Below, piece by piece: positions 30,875-42,855 of a stretch of DNA of 64,000 nt (its first letter is position 1; every line of letters starts with the position of its first letter). The stretch lies in NCBI GenBank assembly GCA_965153285.1, contig OZ229117.1. One strand, 5' to 3'. This DNA is from Podarcis tiliguerta. Taxonomy: Eukaryota. The position numbers were made by a program, and so were the translations under genes. The notes beneath the pieces were generated by a model. It did no database searches. It was not told the origin of the DNA and saw only the letters and a program-made list of their open reading frames with translations.

Positions 30875-33149
30875 GGATCCTCTTTCTGAGATTAGGCCAA
30901 ATAAATCCAATGAAACACACTATGCACAGAAGCCCTTGGGATCTTCTGGAATGGGTGAGTGGCCAATGACTTTAGGCACCAGTCAGGGGGAGCAGACTCA
31001 CAGAAGGCTGCAGGCAGAACAGAGCACCAGATGAAGTGTCTCTTCTGCACTCAGAAGAACCTGAAAAAGACAAACAGATCAAGCCTTGTAAATAGTCTCT
31101 CACCTGTGGCAAGTTAAGGGCTGCCTCAAGGTGACCAAGTCTGACCAACGTTTCTTCCTTTTTTGGTACAAGTGAACAGACTCACTGATTTCTATGGAGA
31201 TTCCCATGGTTAAGCAGATGAAATACAGCAGTTTCCCTGAACCCCGCAAGCACACAATGTCAAGAAACCTGGGTTTAAAAAGTGGTCATTCTCAGGCCAA
31301 AGGAGATTAGGGCCAGAGTTCCTTGCTAATGAGTCCTTTTAATAAAAGAACTTCAGTAAAACTATAAGTACTATCATGTATAATAGACTCATTATGTTCC
31401 AAGATTAAATTGCACAAAAGCAGTGTTTTTAAGAGAACTTATTGAGGCTCCCATTTTATACTTCATACAACAATACTAGCAAACCAAATCAACCTGTCAA
31501 ATGGCAATGGCCTTTTCAGCATTTGTAAAACCAATGAGTTGGTCATGGATATTAGACATTCCTGTAATGATGTATGAATGTATGGCTTGAAATGAGGAGC
31601 AGCAGTAGCCCCCCCCCCATAGCATTTCTTTATTTTTAGGCAAGTGGATTTGTGCCTTTGTTATGCATATGCATCTCAACCAACTAAATTGCTTCTAAAC
31701 AACAGTGAAGCCAGTTAGTGTTCCAAGGGTGCTCCACTGAGACAGAGTATAAATGGAACACGTATCTTGCATATTATCCCACTGAACACTTTCAAAAAAC
31801 CGTTTGTAGATTTCAGCTGGCTGGAGATAATCAAACATGGCGTATAAAAGAGCTGAGAGACAAAGGGACCCTCTCTTGTACTTTTGTCAAAATGGCACCT
31901 TTGTTTATCTACACATACACACACACAACTTTTAAGCAGAACAATTAGTGCCTTTGACACAGCCACACTGTGTTGTTCATTTAATTATTGCAAGTCCAAT
32001 GAATGCATCACACAAGAGCCATTCAGGTTGTGTGAGGTCAGAGGATATTAGGCACATCTAAGTATTTTGGAATAAAGGATAAAGGGAAATTATCACTCAA
32101 ACCATCACAGCTCAAGCAGCTGAGTCCATTTAACAGATTCCACAGAAACCATTCAGTTTACTTAATAATATTAGACATTTACCTGATTAAATGGTAACCA
32201 AGTCAAAGTGACATAAGTAACTATGTATTCTTTCTGCTTTACCTTCCTCTGTTTATCCTCTCATTTGACATAAGGAACCCTGTACATGCTTTCACCAGCC
32301 AAAAAAGGAACAAAGATGCCTTTTTTAGTTTGGTTTGCTCCCACTGCTCCCTCCAAATCCCCTTTCCTTTTGTGTTGTATCTTTTAAATTGTAATCCTGA
32401 GACCAGGGACCATCTTAATGAGCATTATAGCCTTCTTCAGGAACTTGTATTTTGCTGAGGAGCGAGGTACACATACTTCAAGTACACATATAACTTGGAA
32501 ACAACCCTGCCCTCACCTTTCTTAAACTGCTCACTCTCTGAACAACGAAAAGTACCTTAAAGACTTAACAAGTTTGCTACAGAGGAAGCTTTCACGGATT
32601 GGGCACAGCTGGCAAACTTCAGTCTTGTGGAATCTCATTTATTTTTCCTTAGAACCCCAAGACTCACCACCCGGAGTCAGGGGCTAAGGGTTGTCGCCAA
32701 CGCTAGGTCCGTGGAAAACAATGAGCTTGAGTTACTCGTGCGCTCTGATTTCAGTGGGTCTACTCTTGAGCAGGACTAGCATTGACTACAACCCACAGAA
32801 CGAAGGAATCCTACGGTCAGGGATTTGTTTTGGGTAGTAGAACTCAACTCGGACATCTTTTTTAACGTCAGGAAAACATCCACTCGCGGCTCCCCCCCCC
32901 CCCCCCATTTCAGTGAGTGGCGAAGAGGAGGCGTGATTTTGTTGCCGTTATCAAAACACATCGGAAGCCGGAAATCCAGGCCCCTGGACTTGCGACCCTC
33001 CCGGGGAGCCCGATCCACCTTCCACCCACCCCTGGGCCCTCCTTCGCACCCCAGAGAGGGCGCTCTCCCTCGGATCCTGCCCCCCGGGGGCCCCTCGGAG
33101 ACACAAAGGGGCGCCGCCCTGACCTGGCGGGTCGGACGCCCCCACTCAC

Positions 33150-33320
33150 CGCTCGGCTCCCTTCCCGGGCGCTGAGCCCCGTCGGGCCTGGCGTTCCTTC
33201 CAAGGCCGCGGCACTCCGCGGGGGCCGGCGCCTTCCTCCTCCTCCTCCTCCTCCTCCGAGCCCGACGACAGCCCAACCCCCCCGCTGCCACCAAACAACA
33301 GCCGCCGGCCACTTCCGCTT
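33150..33320 (-). other. TMEM127: Putative non-coding first exon of TMEM127 (5' end approximate)
   Basis: Donor GCGG|GTGAGT at 33150/33149 in the CpG island, just downstream of tandem ETS motifs. Confidence 0.7.
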
Positions 33321-33692
33321 CCGGCCGGCCGCGCGCACGACGTCACGGCGCCAGAGGCGGGAGGAGGGGCGGGCGCCTCCTGAAAAGGAGAAGAAGGCGG
33401 CGAAATACTGAAGCAGATTAAAATTCACCTCAGCATTTCTCAGCCCTGACTTGTTGGTGTTGTTCTTGACTTTCTCTTGTATTTATCTTTGGGTAAAGCG
33501 CTTTGAGGGGTTATTTTTTTTCTTTTTCCTTCAAGTAAGTAAATAAATAAATAAAACAACTTTGTTCCTTTGAAAGTTGCAGGAGGGCCAGTTCAGGAAC
33601 TGAGTAAAGAGATGCGCTCCATCTTTCCTTCCTTGTGTTGCGTGTGTGTCTCACACACACACATTCTTTCTCGCCTCACACTGGCTCGCAAA

Positions 33693-33711
33693 GCATGCTG
33701 GGAATCGTAGT
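33693..33711 (-). promoter_or_regulatory. ZNF143/Staf (SBS) binding motif
   Basis: Reverse complement ACTACGATTCCCAGCATGC, one mismatch from the extended consensus ACTACAATTCCCAGCATGC typical of bidirectional promoters. Confidence 0.75.
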
Positions 33712-33739
33712 TTCCGCGTGGGGTCGTCACTTCCGCTCC

Positions 33740-33873
33740 GGAGGGGGGGCGATACTCGCGGCGAGGGCGTGGGCTCCAGGGGGCGCTGTGGCGGGAGCGG
33801 CGCTGCCCGCGTTGCCCTGCGCACCTGCGCCTAGAAGTGCCCTGTGGGAAGTGCGGAGGAAGCGCGGAGGCAG
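33740..33873 (+). other. CIAO1: Putative non-coding first exon of CIAO1 (5' end approximate)
   Basis: Donor CAG|GTAGGA at 33873/33874 in the CpG island; the ATG exon at 36494 has a polypyrimidine/AG acceptor. Confidence 0.6.
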
Positions 33874-34069
33874 GTAGGAGGCAGCAGCGGCGCTGGGTGG
33901 CTTCCTCGGGCTGCTGAGGGAAGGTTTGCCGGAGCTGGAGGTACACGGTTCTTCTCCCCCTTTAATTCCCACAACAACCCTGTGAGGTGGGCCGGCCCGA
34001 AGTCACACCCAGTGGGCGTCATGGCTAACGAGGGGGAAGAGTTGGACGCTGCTCTCCCAGGTCCCAGCC

Positions 34070-34191
34070 CAGGCATAGGCAGATGTTTTGGGACTACAAC
34101 TCCCATCATCCCTAGCTAGCAGGGCCAGTGGTCAGGGATGATGGGAGTTGTAGTCCCCAAACATCTGGAGGGCCGAGTTTCCCTATGCCTG
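34070..34191. mobile_element. Same hAT MITE family (14-bp deletion), nested in an older MIR/CORE-like SINE (~33960-34220)
   Basis: TSD TCCCAGCC/TCCTAGCC; opposite orientation to 29144. Confidence 0.85.
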
Positions 34192-35145
34192 TCCTAGCCC
34201 GACACTCCACTCTGGCTCTCTCATCCAGCTACCAGACTAGACTTGCAGCAAGAGTCCTTTACTACCATTTGTCTCTTTTCTTTTATGACCAAGAAATACA
34301 GCTGATAGAACTTCCTAGTCCAGAGGCAGAATACCTTGCATAGCAAACTGCACAAGTAAAATAAAAGAGAAGAGCCGCTGCTCTCAGAGGCGTCTGCTTA
34401 GCTGCTACAGGAAGTGAGATGCTATGCTAAGTTGAGCCTTGCTTTGGCCAAGAAGGAGAAGTGCGGCGTAGGAATAGATAGATATGGCTGCATATACGTG
34501 ATAGCTGTGAATGAACTGTTGTGTACAGAGGCTGTGGAAACAGGTGATGCTGGGAGTGATCAGTAAGGTTTGGTTTTTGGTCCTGATCTGATGCCCCACT
34601 TTGTGGCTCCCTGGAAGCACTGGCTGAGCACTTTGGGAAAAAGGATGCCAGACTCGGTGGGATCTCACTGTGAGCCAGCAAGGTTCGCACACAAACACAT
34701 ACACAAATCTTTTTTCGCTAGCTCCTGTGGTTTTGGATGTAGCTCGAAGTGTGTATTTTCCTTGGCCCCCACCCCACCCTCTCCAGTGGCTTGATTCTAT
34801 AAATGTTGACTGCATCTAACGGTCTGCTAAGAAGTCCATTATTTGGATAAATAATGCAATAGGAATTGGGGTTTATTTCTGGCATGTTCTTAGGTACTGC
34901 ACACTATATTTAGCTATGGAAAAAATAAACTCATAAAATTGTAGAGTTAGAAGTGACCCTGGTTATCACCTACTCCAATCTCCTGTGATACAGGAATCAC
35001 TGCTAACAGGTTACGTACCAGATCAAACCAGAGAAATGTAATGTTTAATTGTGTGATATATTTCTTCTTCAATTTGAATATACTTTCCCTTTCTTTTTGA
35101 ATGACATTCTCAACAAATGTTTTACCAGGCCTTAATTCAAATTAT

Positions 35146-35605
35146 AAGGTCCGTATAGTAAAAACTATGGTTTTCCCAGTAGTGATGTATGGAAGTGAGA
35201 GCTGGACCATAAAGAAGGCTGATCGCTGAAGAATTGACACTTTTGAATTATGGTGCTGGAGGAAACTCTTGAGAGTCCCATAGACTGCAAGAAGATCAAA
35301 CCTCTCCACTCTGAAGGAAATCAGCCCCGAGTGCTCACTGGAAGGACAGATCGTGAAGCTGAGGCTCCAATACTTCGGCCACCTCATGAGAAGAGAAGAC
35401 TCCCTGGAAAAGACCCTGATGCTGGGAAAGATGGAGGGCACAAGGAGAAGGGGACGACAGAGGACGAGATGGTTAGACAGTGTTCTCGAAGCTACAAACA
35501 TGAATCTGACCAAACTGCAGGTGGCAGTGGAGGACAGGAGTGCCTGGCGTGCTATGGTCCATGGGGTCACGAAGAGTCGGCCACGACTGAACGACTAAAC
35601 AACAA
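35146..35605 (+). mobile_element. Bov-B (RTE) LINE, 5'-truncated
   Basis: ..KLRLQYFGHLMRREDSLEKTLMLGKMEGTRRRGRQRTRWLD..AWRAMVHGVTKSRPRLND*; (CAA)n tail; perfect 12-bp TSD AATTCAAATTAT. Confidence 0.92.
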
Positions 35606-36520
35606 AATTCAAATTATGTAGCTTCTGAGAGCCACATAAAACTAACCCTCTACAGCAGTGTTCCCAATTGGTGGTCCACCTAATCCACCCAGGAGGTCTG
35701 TGGCACATACCCATCAACTGTCTGGAACATCTCAATTTGGGGTGCCCTCCTCTCCCACAGGTTATGCATCCCAGTTTGCATTGGGACATGCTGGAGGGTA
35801 TGGTGGCGCCATTCACGTAACAAAAACTCCCACAGAGATATCAACAATTCCAAAGGCTTGGCTTTTAGAAAACGGGATCCTCAGTACTTAGCTACAGGCT
35901 TGTGGCCCTTGTCCTCCTGTGATCACAGAGTCAAACAGAAACCTACATATGTCACATTTCTTTCCTTGTCTGCAAACACACAGTTCTGTAGTGTACCAGT
36001 TACCAAACTTTCTGCCCCTCCCCACAAGGACCACTTGAAACTCGCTGATGATGTTAGTGGACTACTTTAATGATTTTTCTGCCCATTGTAGCAATTGTAA
36101 TGCACTGTGCTAGATACTGTATACTTTTAAATTGCATTTTTATTGATTGTTCTATTGCACTGTAGTTTATATTCCATAGAATTCAAATCATAATGCAACA
36201 AAAGAAATAAAAGAAGCAATAACAATATATATTACTATTGAATGAAGACATGATGTGACCCACTGGAGTGAAGGTTGCAGAACACAGTTTTAAAACACTT
36301 GCATAATGCAAAAGGCATGTGGGCTGCATGCCTGGAGGATTTTCATTACACACCTTGATAAAATAAAAGCTTTATTCTGCAGTCGCAAATCAATATGTTA
36401 GAATTCTGTGCACTCTTGTTCAGGAGATGCCTGAATTGCAAGTTTTTAAATCATTCTTCTTTTTTGTTGGTCTCATTCTTTGCTGCTTCATAGGTTCTGC
36501 AGGGACTGTTTGGTGTTACG

Positions 36521-36659
36521 ATGAAGGATTCCCTGACACTTTTGTCTCGCATCCCAGCACACCCAGATTCCCGATGCTGGTTTCTCGCTTGGAACCCTAC
36601 AGGGAGTCTTTTAGCTTCCTGTGGTGGGGACCGTAGCATTCGAATATGGGGGAAAGAAG
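36521..36659 (+). CDS. CIAO1: CIAO1 coding exon 1
   Basis: ATGAAGGATTCC...GAAG|GTGAG; 139 bp. Confidence 0.95.
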
Positions 36660-39600
36660 GTGAGCTAGTCTGCCAGTTTGGACTGCAATCCTAACATAAC
36701 TTACTTCACCTCAGTGGGACTGAGTAGACGTGGTTCAGATTGTTCTCCTTGTTGTCACTCCTTGAAAGCAGGGGGAGAGAAACAGGCAACCAAGCCTTTG
36801 GTCAAGAGTGTTCATTGTGCAGTTAGGAGAAGCAGTGCACTCTGGATTCCTGCTGCATCTTATGCTGGGAGGGTAGAGAGAGACTTGTGATATGTGACCC
36901 ACCTATAGATGAAAGACAGGTGTCAGGAATCTTTGGACCTCCTATCCCTTGGCCATTGGCCATGAATTTCTGTCATCCCATATCAGTGCCTAGGCCTGCT
37001 TAAGACAGCTATGACAGAAAAGAGTGTGCCAGTGCCAAAGGGGAGTTGAGTGGGTAGGACTTTATTAGATCTCTTTCCCCATGATGCTTTTTAACTCGGG
37101 TGGTGATTTTTCTGGGTAGTATCCCAGTGTAAAGCTGAACCAGGTAAACACCTCTCTAACTTGGTTTATGTAGTGACCTCTGAGGTGCCAGGAGGAGGGA
37201 GAAGGACTCTCCAGTGGACCCAGAGATGTGTCACATCTCCTAATTGGCTTTCTCTCTTGGCAGGTGATACCTGGGTGTGCAAGTCTGTTCTGGGTGAGGG
37301 ACACCAGAGAACTATCCGCAAGGTGGCCTGGTCCCCCTGTGGGAACTACCTGGCTTCTGCCAGTTTTGATGCTACCACCTGCATTTGGAAGAAGAACCAT
37401 GAGGATTTTGAGGTGTCTTGAATCTCCCTTTTGGTTTTGTTGCTGCTGCTGCTGCTTTTCTTATGCTTTTCAGTTGATTAAAATCTATCACAATTGAATA
37501 CATACACATATGCAAACTCATAACACATAGCCAGAAACCTTCAGATCTTGCTGGACTCCAGCTTCTGTCAGCCAGCCTGCCTTACCAATGCTCATAGATA
37601 GTGGGATTTGTAATCCAACACTGTCTGGAGGCACCATTTCTGCTGCCTCCAGCAATAGGAAATGTTTGTTGTGTTTTCAGGTGTCTCATCCTGCCACATT
37701 GTCAGGTTTTCACACAGTTTCCTGGTTACCCTTCTCATATCCCCACCCCTTTTCTCTTTGCAGTGTGCAGCCACTCTGGAGGGCCATGAGAATGAGGTGA
37801 AGTCTGTGTCATGGGCACCATCTGGCAGCCTTCTGGCCACTTGCAGCCGAGACAAAACTGTCTGGGTTTGGGAAGGTGAGAGCCGCAAAAGTGTTTTGAG
37901 AGGATGGAGCTGGGGCAAAAGGAATTGGGATTTTCACTGTGTGCGAATATACTTGATGCATGATGGTTGGAGCACAGACATGGGAGGGAATCATAGAATT
38001 GCAGAGTTGGAGATGACCCCAAGGCTCATCTAGTCAAACACCTTACAGTGCAGAAATCACTGCTGAGAAGTGCCTTGTTTCTTAAACTGTTCCCCTACAT
38101 CCACCCCCCCCTTCTGTGCTGCAGTGGACGAAGAGGATGAATACGAGTGCATGAGTGTCTTGAATTCCCACACGCAGGATGTCAAGCATGTTGTCTGGCA
38201 TCCCAACCAAGAGGTGAGTGTTCACGTCCTGTATGGTGGACAGCTGATATCCTTGGGGCGTGCTGTCTTGGAGACCTAACAAATGGCTGGTCTCTAACCA
38301 GGGCAGTGTTTCTATAGCCCCGTCATAAACTGTAAACATTTATATTTCTGTCCTTCCTGCCCCCTCCCATTGAAGCCTTATAGCCCTCCTAATCGAACAA
38401 GAATACCCTTGTGTTGCAGTTTTTGCACTCAGTTGCTGCAGCCTCCTGATGCTAATGGGGTGTGTGGACTGGAGTATTCATTTCAACATGGGCATTTGAA
38501 GTAAGACAGGAATGACATGGCTGAACCATAAAACTGCATCCAGGGAATTGTAATGAGTAAGGAGGAACAGTAAGGAGTAAGGGAATTGAAGGAGCAGTAA
38601 GGGAATTGTAATGAGTAAGGAGAAGCAGTTTGGGCTTCCCAAATCAGACAGTGGGAAGATGGTCATCCCCACCAACCAACGGTGGATTAGACCTTTGTGC
38701 AAGGAGCCCTGTCCCCTCAGGGCCTGGCTGGTAGGGGGAAGAAGACTCCTCAGGAGCCGGTCCTTCCAAGGGCTGACCCAGCACATTTTGCTGCCTGGGG
38801 CAAAGGATCAAATGAGGTTGGCATTCAGCCTTTATTTCCTTGACGTCTGATGGGAGGGCATTCCACTGGGCGGGCGCCACTACCGAAAAGGCCCTCTGCC
38901 TGGTTCCCTGTAACCTCACTTCTTGCAGTGAGGGAACCGCTAGGAGGCCCTCAGAGCTGGACCTCAGTGTCTGGGCCAAGGCCATTTAAGGCTTTAAAGG
39001 TCAGCACCAACACTTGGAATTGTGCTCGAAAATGTACAGGGAGCCAATGTAGATCTTTCAGCAAGGGCTGAAAGGCTGCAGTGTTTGCTTCACCCACTCT
39101 GAAGCAGGGATGCAGGCAAAGGGCTCTTCATCACCCTCCTTGGTGTGACCACCAGCAGTGGGGCTTTGTCATCTTCACAGCTTAGGTCTCTATTCCTGTT
39201 TCTTGGAAGTTTCTGCTTCTCTCTAGATCTGTTTCTCCTGGAAACTACTGCAGGATCCTTGATATCTTTGTTGCCCTAGGGCAAGGATTGCCAAAGTGGT
39301 TTGCCCCCCACCCACCCCCCCATGTTGCTCAGCTGCAACTCTCATCCTCCATGACCAGTGGCTGTTCTGACTGGGATTGATGGGCATGGGAGTCCAACAT
39401 CACCTAGAAGAGAAGGCACAACACTAGCTACCCATGCCCTAAGTGCTGTAAACGTGCTTTTGGCTTTAAAATAAATTCCGGGGTTATCAGGAAGCTGAGC
39501 TTTGTGCCTTACACAACATTCTGCATTCCCCTCCATGCTCTCATTGAACAGCCTTGCTTTCAGTTTTGCCCCAGAGGTGTTTTGTTCCAACACTTACCTG

Positions 39601-41239
39601 TGATTTTTCCTTTCCACTGCCAGCTATTGGCATCAGCGAGTTACGATGACACTGTGAAATTGTACCGGGAGGAAGAGGACGACTGGGTGTGTTTTACCAC
39701 CCTAGAGGGGCATGAGTCTACGGTGTGGAGCCTGGCCTTTGACCACAGTGGGGAGCGCCTGGCCTCCTGCAGCGATGACAAGACAGTGCGCATTTGGCGC
39801 CAGTATAAGCCGGGCAATGAGCAAGGTCAGTGGCATTTGCAAAGATGGAATGGATCTGTTCAAGGAATTGGATCTGCCTAGTTTTCCAAGGGCCATGGCA
39901 GCTAAGATTTGAAGTTTTTGTTGCTGGGACAGCTGAGCCACCCTAAGGAATTGGCTTCTGTAGGGTCTGAAGAGCTGTTACTGGTGGCAGTGTAGAAGTG
40001 CAGCCTCTCTTGGGCTTTCCACTGCTGTTTTTTCATTAGGTCAAGGATGCTGTTTGACTCTGCCTCCCATTACCCGCAGTCAGAATAGCCAGTATTATTT
40101 TTCCCTACATTACATATGGGGAACCTGGGGCTGAGAGAGCGTTTATTCCTGCCTAAGACTCAATGAGTTCGTGATAGAGGTGATGTTTGAACATGTGTGT
40201 GTGTTCATGTTCAAATTTACAGCTCAGAATCTTAGCCACTGTGTTATATTACCTCTCCATGCAGATTCTCTGAATACGGACACACACATACACAATTTTG
40301 TATTCTTTCATCTTCTTTAACTTTTAGTGTTTTTGATCGTGGAGATGCCTGAAGCATGGAAGAGTTATCTGAAAAGGGGGTTTGGGTAGGGAAGGCAAGT
40401 GTCTCAGCTCTTATCACTGAACCCTTGTTGAGTAAAAACTGTAGTGGGAGGGGAGGCGTGAACCCTATTCTGCCCAATCACATGAGAGAGTGCAGTTAAG
40501 TGTGTCAGGATCTCCTTGCTCCAGGATGTAAATGGGGAACTTCACAGCTTCTGCATCCAGTGGTGACACTGTTTCCTTCCATACTCTTTAGTTTCTGAAG
40601 TGAAAAAGCATTGGTGGGGTCTGTAGAGCTTCAGGTTGCCTCTCTTTGCAAGAAGCTTTTGGCCTATGAAGCACAGCAGACAGGCTCAGCCTAAGGAGTT
40701 GTTTGTGTGTTGCAGGTGTCATCTGCAATGGCACAGATCCTACCTGGAAATGCATCTGCACCCTTTCTGGCTTCCACACAAGAACCATCTACGACGTGGC
40801 ATGGTGAGTGTGCACGGTAGGGGAGAAGTCTTGTGTAGCAGCTTGCAAGTCATTCTGGGGACCAATCAATCTGTTCCAGTCAAGTGGTAAAGCTTTTCCT
40901 GTGATTGTATCACTCCGTGTGATAGGGCACAGGACCTTTGCACAGATCACCAGTTTGTTCAGGCCCATAGTCCATTCTTTTCGTTTCATCCTCTGCAGGT
41001 GCCAGCTAACGGGAGCTTTAGCCACGGCTTGTGGAGATGATGCCATCAGAATATTTGAGGAGGAGCTGCACTCAGACCCCCACCAGCCCACTTTCACCCT
41101 TACTGTCCACATGGCCCGGGCTCACTCCCAGGATGTGAACTGTGTGGCCTGGAACCCGAAGGAGCCTGGGCTGCTGGCTTCATGCAGCGATGATGGAGAG
41201 ATGGCATTTTGGAAATACCAGCGCCCCGAGGTCTGCTGA
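36521..41239 (+). CDS. CIAO1: CIAO1 (WDR39), WD40 cytosolic Fe-S assembly component 1, 339 aa, complete. Exons: 36521-36659, 37264-37412, 37764-37875, 38125-38213, 39624-39825, 40716-40803, 40999-41239
   Basis: [68 protein letters not shown]..; 139+149+112+89+202+88+241=1020 nt. Confidence 0.98.
37264..37412 (+). CDS. CIAO1: CIAO1 coding exon 2
   Basis: [22 protein letters not shown]...DFE; 149 bp. Confidence 0.95.
37764..37875 (+). CDS. CIAO1: CIAO1 coding exon 3
   Basis: [21 protein letters not shown]...VWVWE; 112 bp. Confidence 0.95.
38125..38213 (+). CDS. CIAO1: CIAO1 coding exon 4
   Basis: [30 protein letters not shown]; 89 bp. Confidence 0.95.
38542..38622. repeat. Short direct repeat AGGGAATTGTAATGAGTAAGGAG
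   Basis: Two full copies and one partial copy. Confidence 0.7.
38825..39065 (-). mobile_element. L2-clade LINE ORF2 fragment
   Basis: [39 protein letters not shown]. Confidence 0.75.
39624..39825 (+). CDS. CIAO1: CIAO1 coding exon 5
   Basis: [14 protein letters not shown]...PGNEQ; 202 bp. Confidence 0.95.
40716..40803 (+). CDS. CIAO1: CIAO1 coding exon 6
   Basis: [29 protein letters not shown]; 88 bp. Confidence 0.95.
40999..41239 (+). CDS. CIAO1: CIAO1 last coding exon
   Basis: [17 protein letters not shown]...[12 protein letters not shown]. Confidence 0.95.
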
Positions 41240-42239
41240 GTGTCCAAATTTCCCAGCTCCCTCTGACAAGTTCTAGTAGTGTAACTGTGACACACCTGTG
41301 GGCAGCAAGCTGGACTGCATCCCCTCTGTAAAGGCAATTAAAAAGGTGGTATCATGTAACCTTGTTATGAAGTACCTCCCCCCTTTCCGCAAGAGCTGCT
41401 GTGCCAGAGCTAACACCTAGTGGGGGCAGCAGAGGGCAGCTGGGTCTTCTGCAAAGCTTCATGTTGTTGACCAAACAGGGTCTTGTCTTGCAGCTGGGTA
41501 GAAAATACCCAAACTACATAGGCTGGGTTTTCTTAGCTTCATGACTCCTTTAAAACAAAGCCAGGGTTGCCTGCAGAAAGACTGGCCTGCTGATTAGGCG
41601 TTTCTTACCAGTTGGGAAGCAACAGGCTTTGTAACTGATGGTTTTGTACTAAAATGTGGCTGTATAAGATGTAGGTTTGGATTGGGAGGTGGTGCTGCAG
41701 AGGGAGAAGAGCCGTTCTGAGCAAATGAGCTTGTGACACATGTAAAATTTATTTTGACCAAGTGCTATTGTATGTCTGCTGCTATCTCTAAATGGGCGTT
41801 TATGTTAAAAATGCAATGAAGACTTTGCCATGCCAACTACTTATTTGACATACAGGGATCACCATCCAACTTCTTAGAAAAGTGCTGTTCAGCTATCAGA
41901 AATTAGTTGGCAATTTGCCCGGCTGATTCCAAAAATGAAAATGCCAACATAGCTCAGCAAAGATGGGTTGAGTTGTTCTTGTCAGTTCATTTCCCCCCTC
42001 ATTATAAAATATGTGGGAGTTTCCTCATGGGAAAGGTATCTTTGTCTCATCCGTGTCAAATCCTTCAACATGTGAGGCAGGGATAGGTTGTTTCACAAAA
42101 AATTCTGCATGAATTGCAACCTCAGAAGGCAGAGGGGGGAGGCAAGGAGCCCTGGTTGAAATGATTTCCAAACTTCCTCTATATGGTACTGTCTTTTGGG
42201 TTCTTGTAAGCACTTCAAGATGGTGGTGCTCGTAGCTCT

Positions 42240-42395
42240 CCCCATTTTATCCACAAAGCAACCTTGTGATGTTGGTTAAGCTGAGACACAGTGACTAAAG
42301 CCCATGTCACCTAGTGACCTTCATGACCAAGGTGGTCTTTGAATTCTGCTCTGTCCAAGACTCTCTAATAACCACTACATCGTGCTGACTCTCCC
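42240..42395 (-). mobile_element. MIR/CORE-like SINE
   Basis: ACAAAGCAACCTTGTGA..AAGCTGAGA..CCATGTCACC core plus reverse tRNA-like head. Confidence 0.5.
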
Positions 42396-42855
42396 TGGAC
42401 ACATTTGTTAGGGCTGATGAAAGTTGGGTTCCATCACTATCTGGAAGGCTGGAACGAGGTAACACAAAGCAATTGTTTCCAAGGAGATAGTTGTGTTAGT
42501 CTGTTGCAGCACAAAACAAATTGGAAAGTCAACTAATTGCAGAGACAAGTATATTAGTTTTGCATGAAGAAACACATGTATTGATTCTGCCAGCAAGGTA
42601 ATATTAGATGCCTACACTAGAGAGCAGAGACATAGCCACAGATGGCTGTTTCATATTCCCCAATCAGGATAACTATCTTGCTCATGCTAGGGCATCTTAA
42701 TTAGCTTCCTGAACCCGAGATAGCGAGATAGGATCCTGATTACAAGCCAGAAAAGCAAGTGTCAAAGACATACTTCAAACCGGGGCTAGGACAATGGGAC
42801 AGCCCAAAAGACTGCGTGTGGAAAAGGTAAAAATACATGCAGAGAAAGTCTAGGA

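Larger units (their letters stand above)
32870..34060. promoter_or_regulatory. Bidirectional CpG-island promoter of TMEM127 (-) and CIAO1 (+)
   Basis: Tandem ETS ACTTCCGCTTCCGG ~33311; CRE-like CGACGTCA ~33337; GC box ~33367; ZNF143 motif 33693-33711; ETS/CRE overlap CGTCACTTCCG 33725-33735; head-to-head genes. Confidence 0.88.

Noticed and set aside
30875-30910. In-frame TTG extension of TMEM127 ([12 protein letters not shown]); likewise MAG before the STARD7 ATG
   Set aside because: ORF-finder alternative starts; ATG 30874 gives the conserved 238-aa length
32776-34119. Multiple long ORFs across the TMEM127/CIAO1 promoter
   Set aside because: Same CpG-island artefact; open in several frames on both strands
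38542-38622. Repeat-spacer-like pattern
   Set aside because: Only 2-3 irregular units in a vertebrate intron; ordinary slippage duplication, not CRISPR
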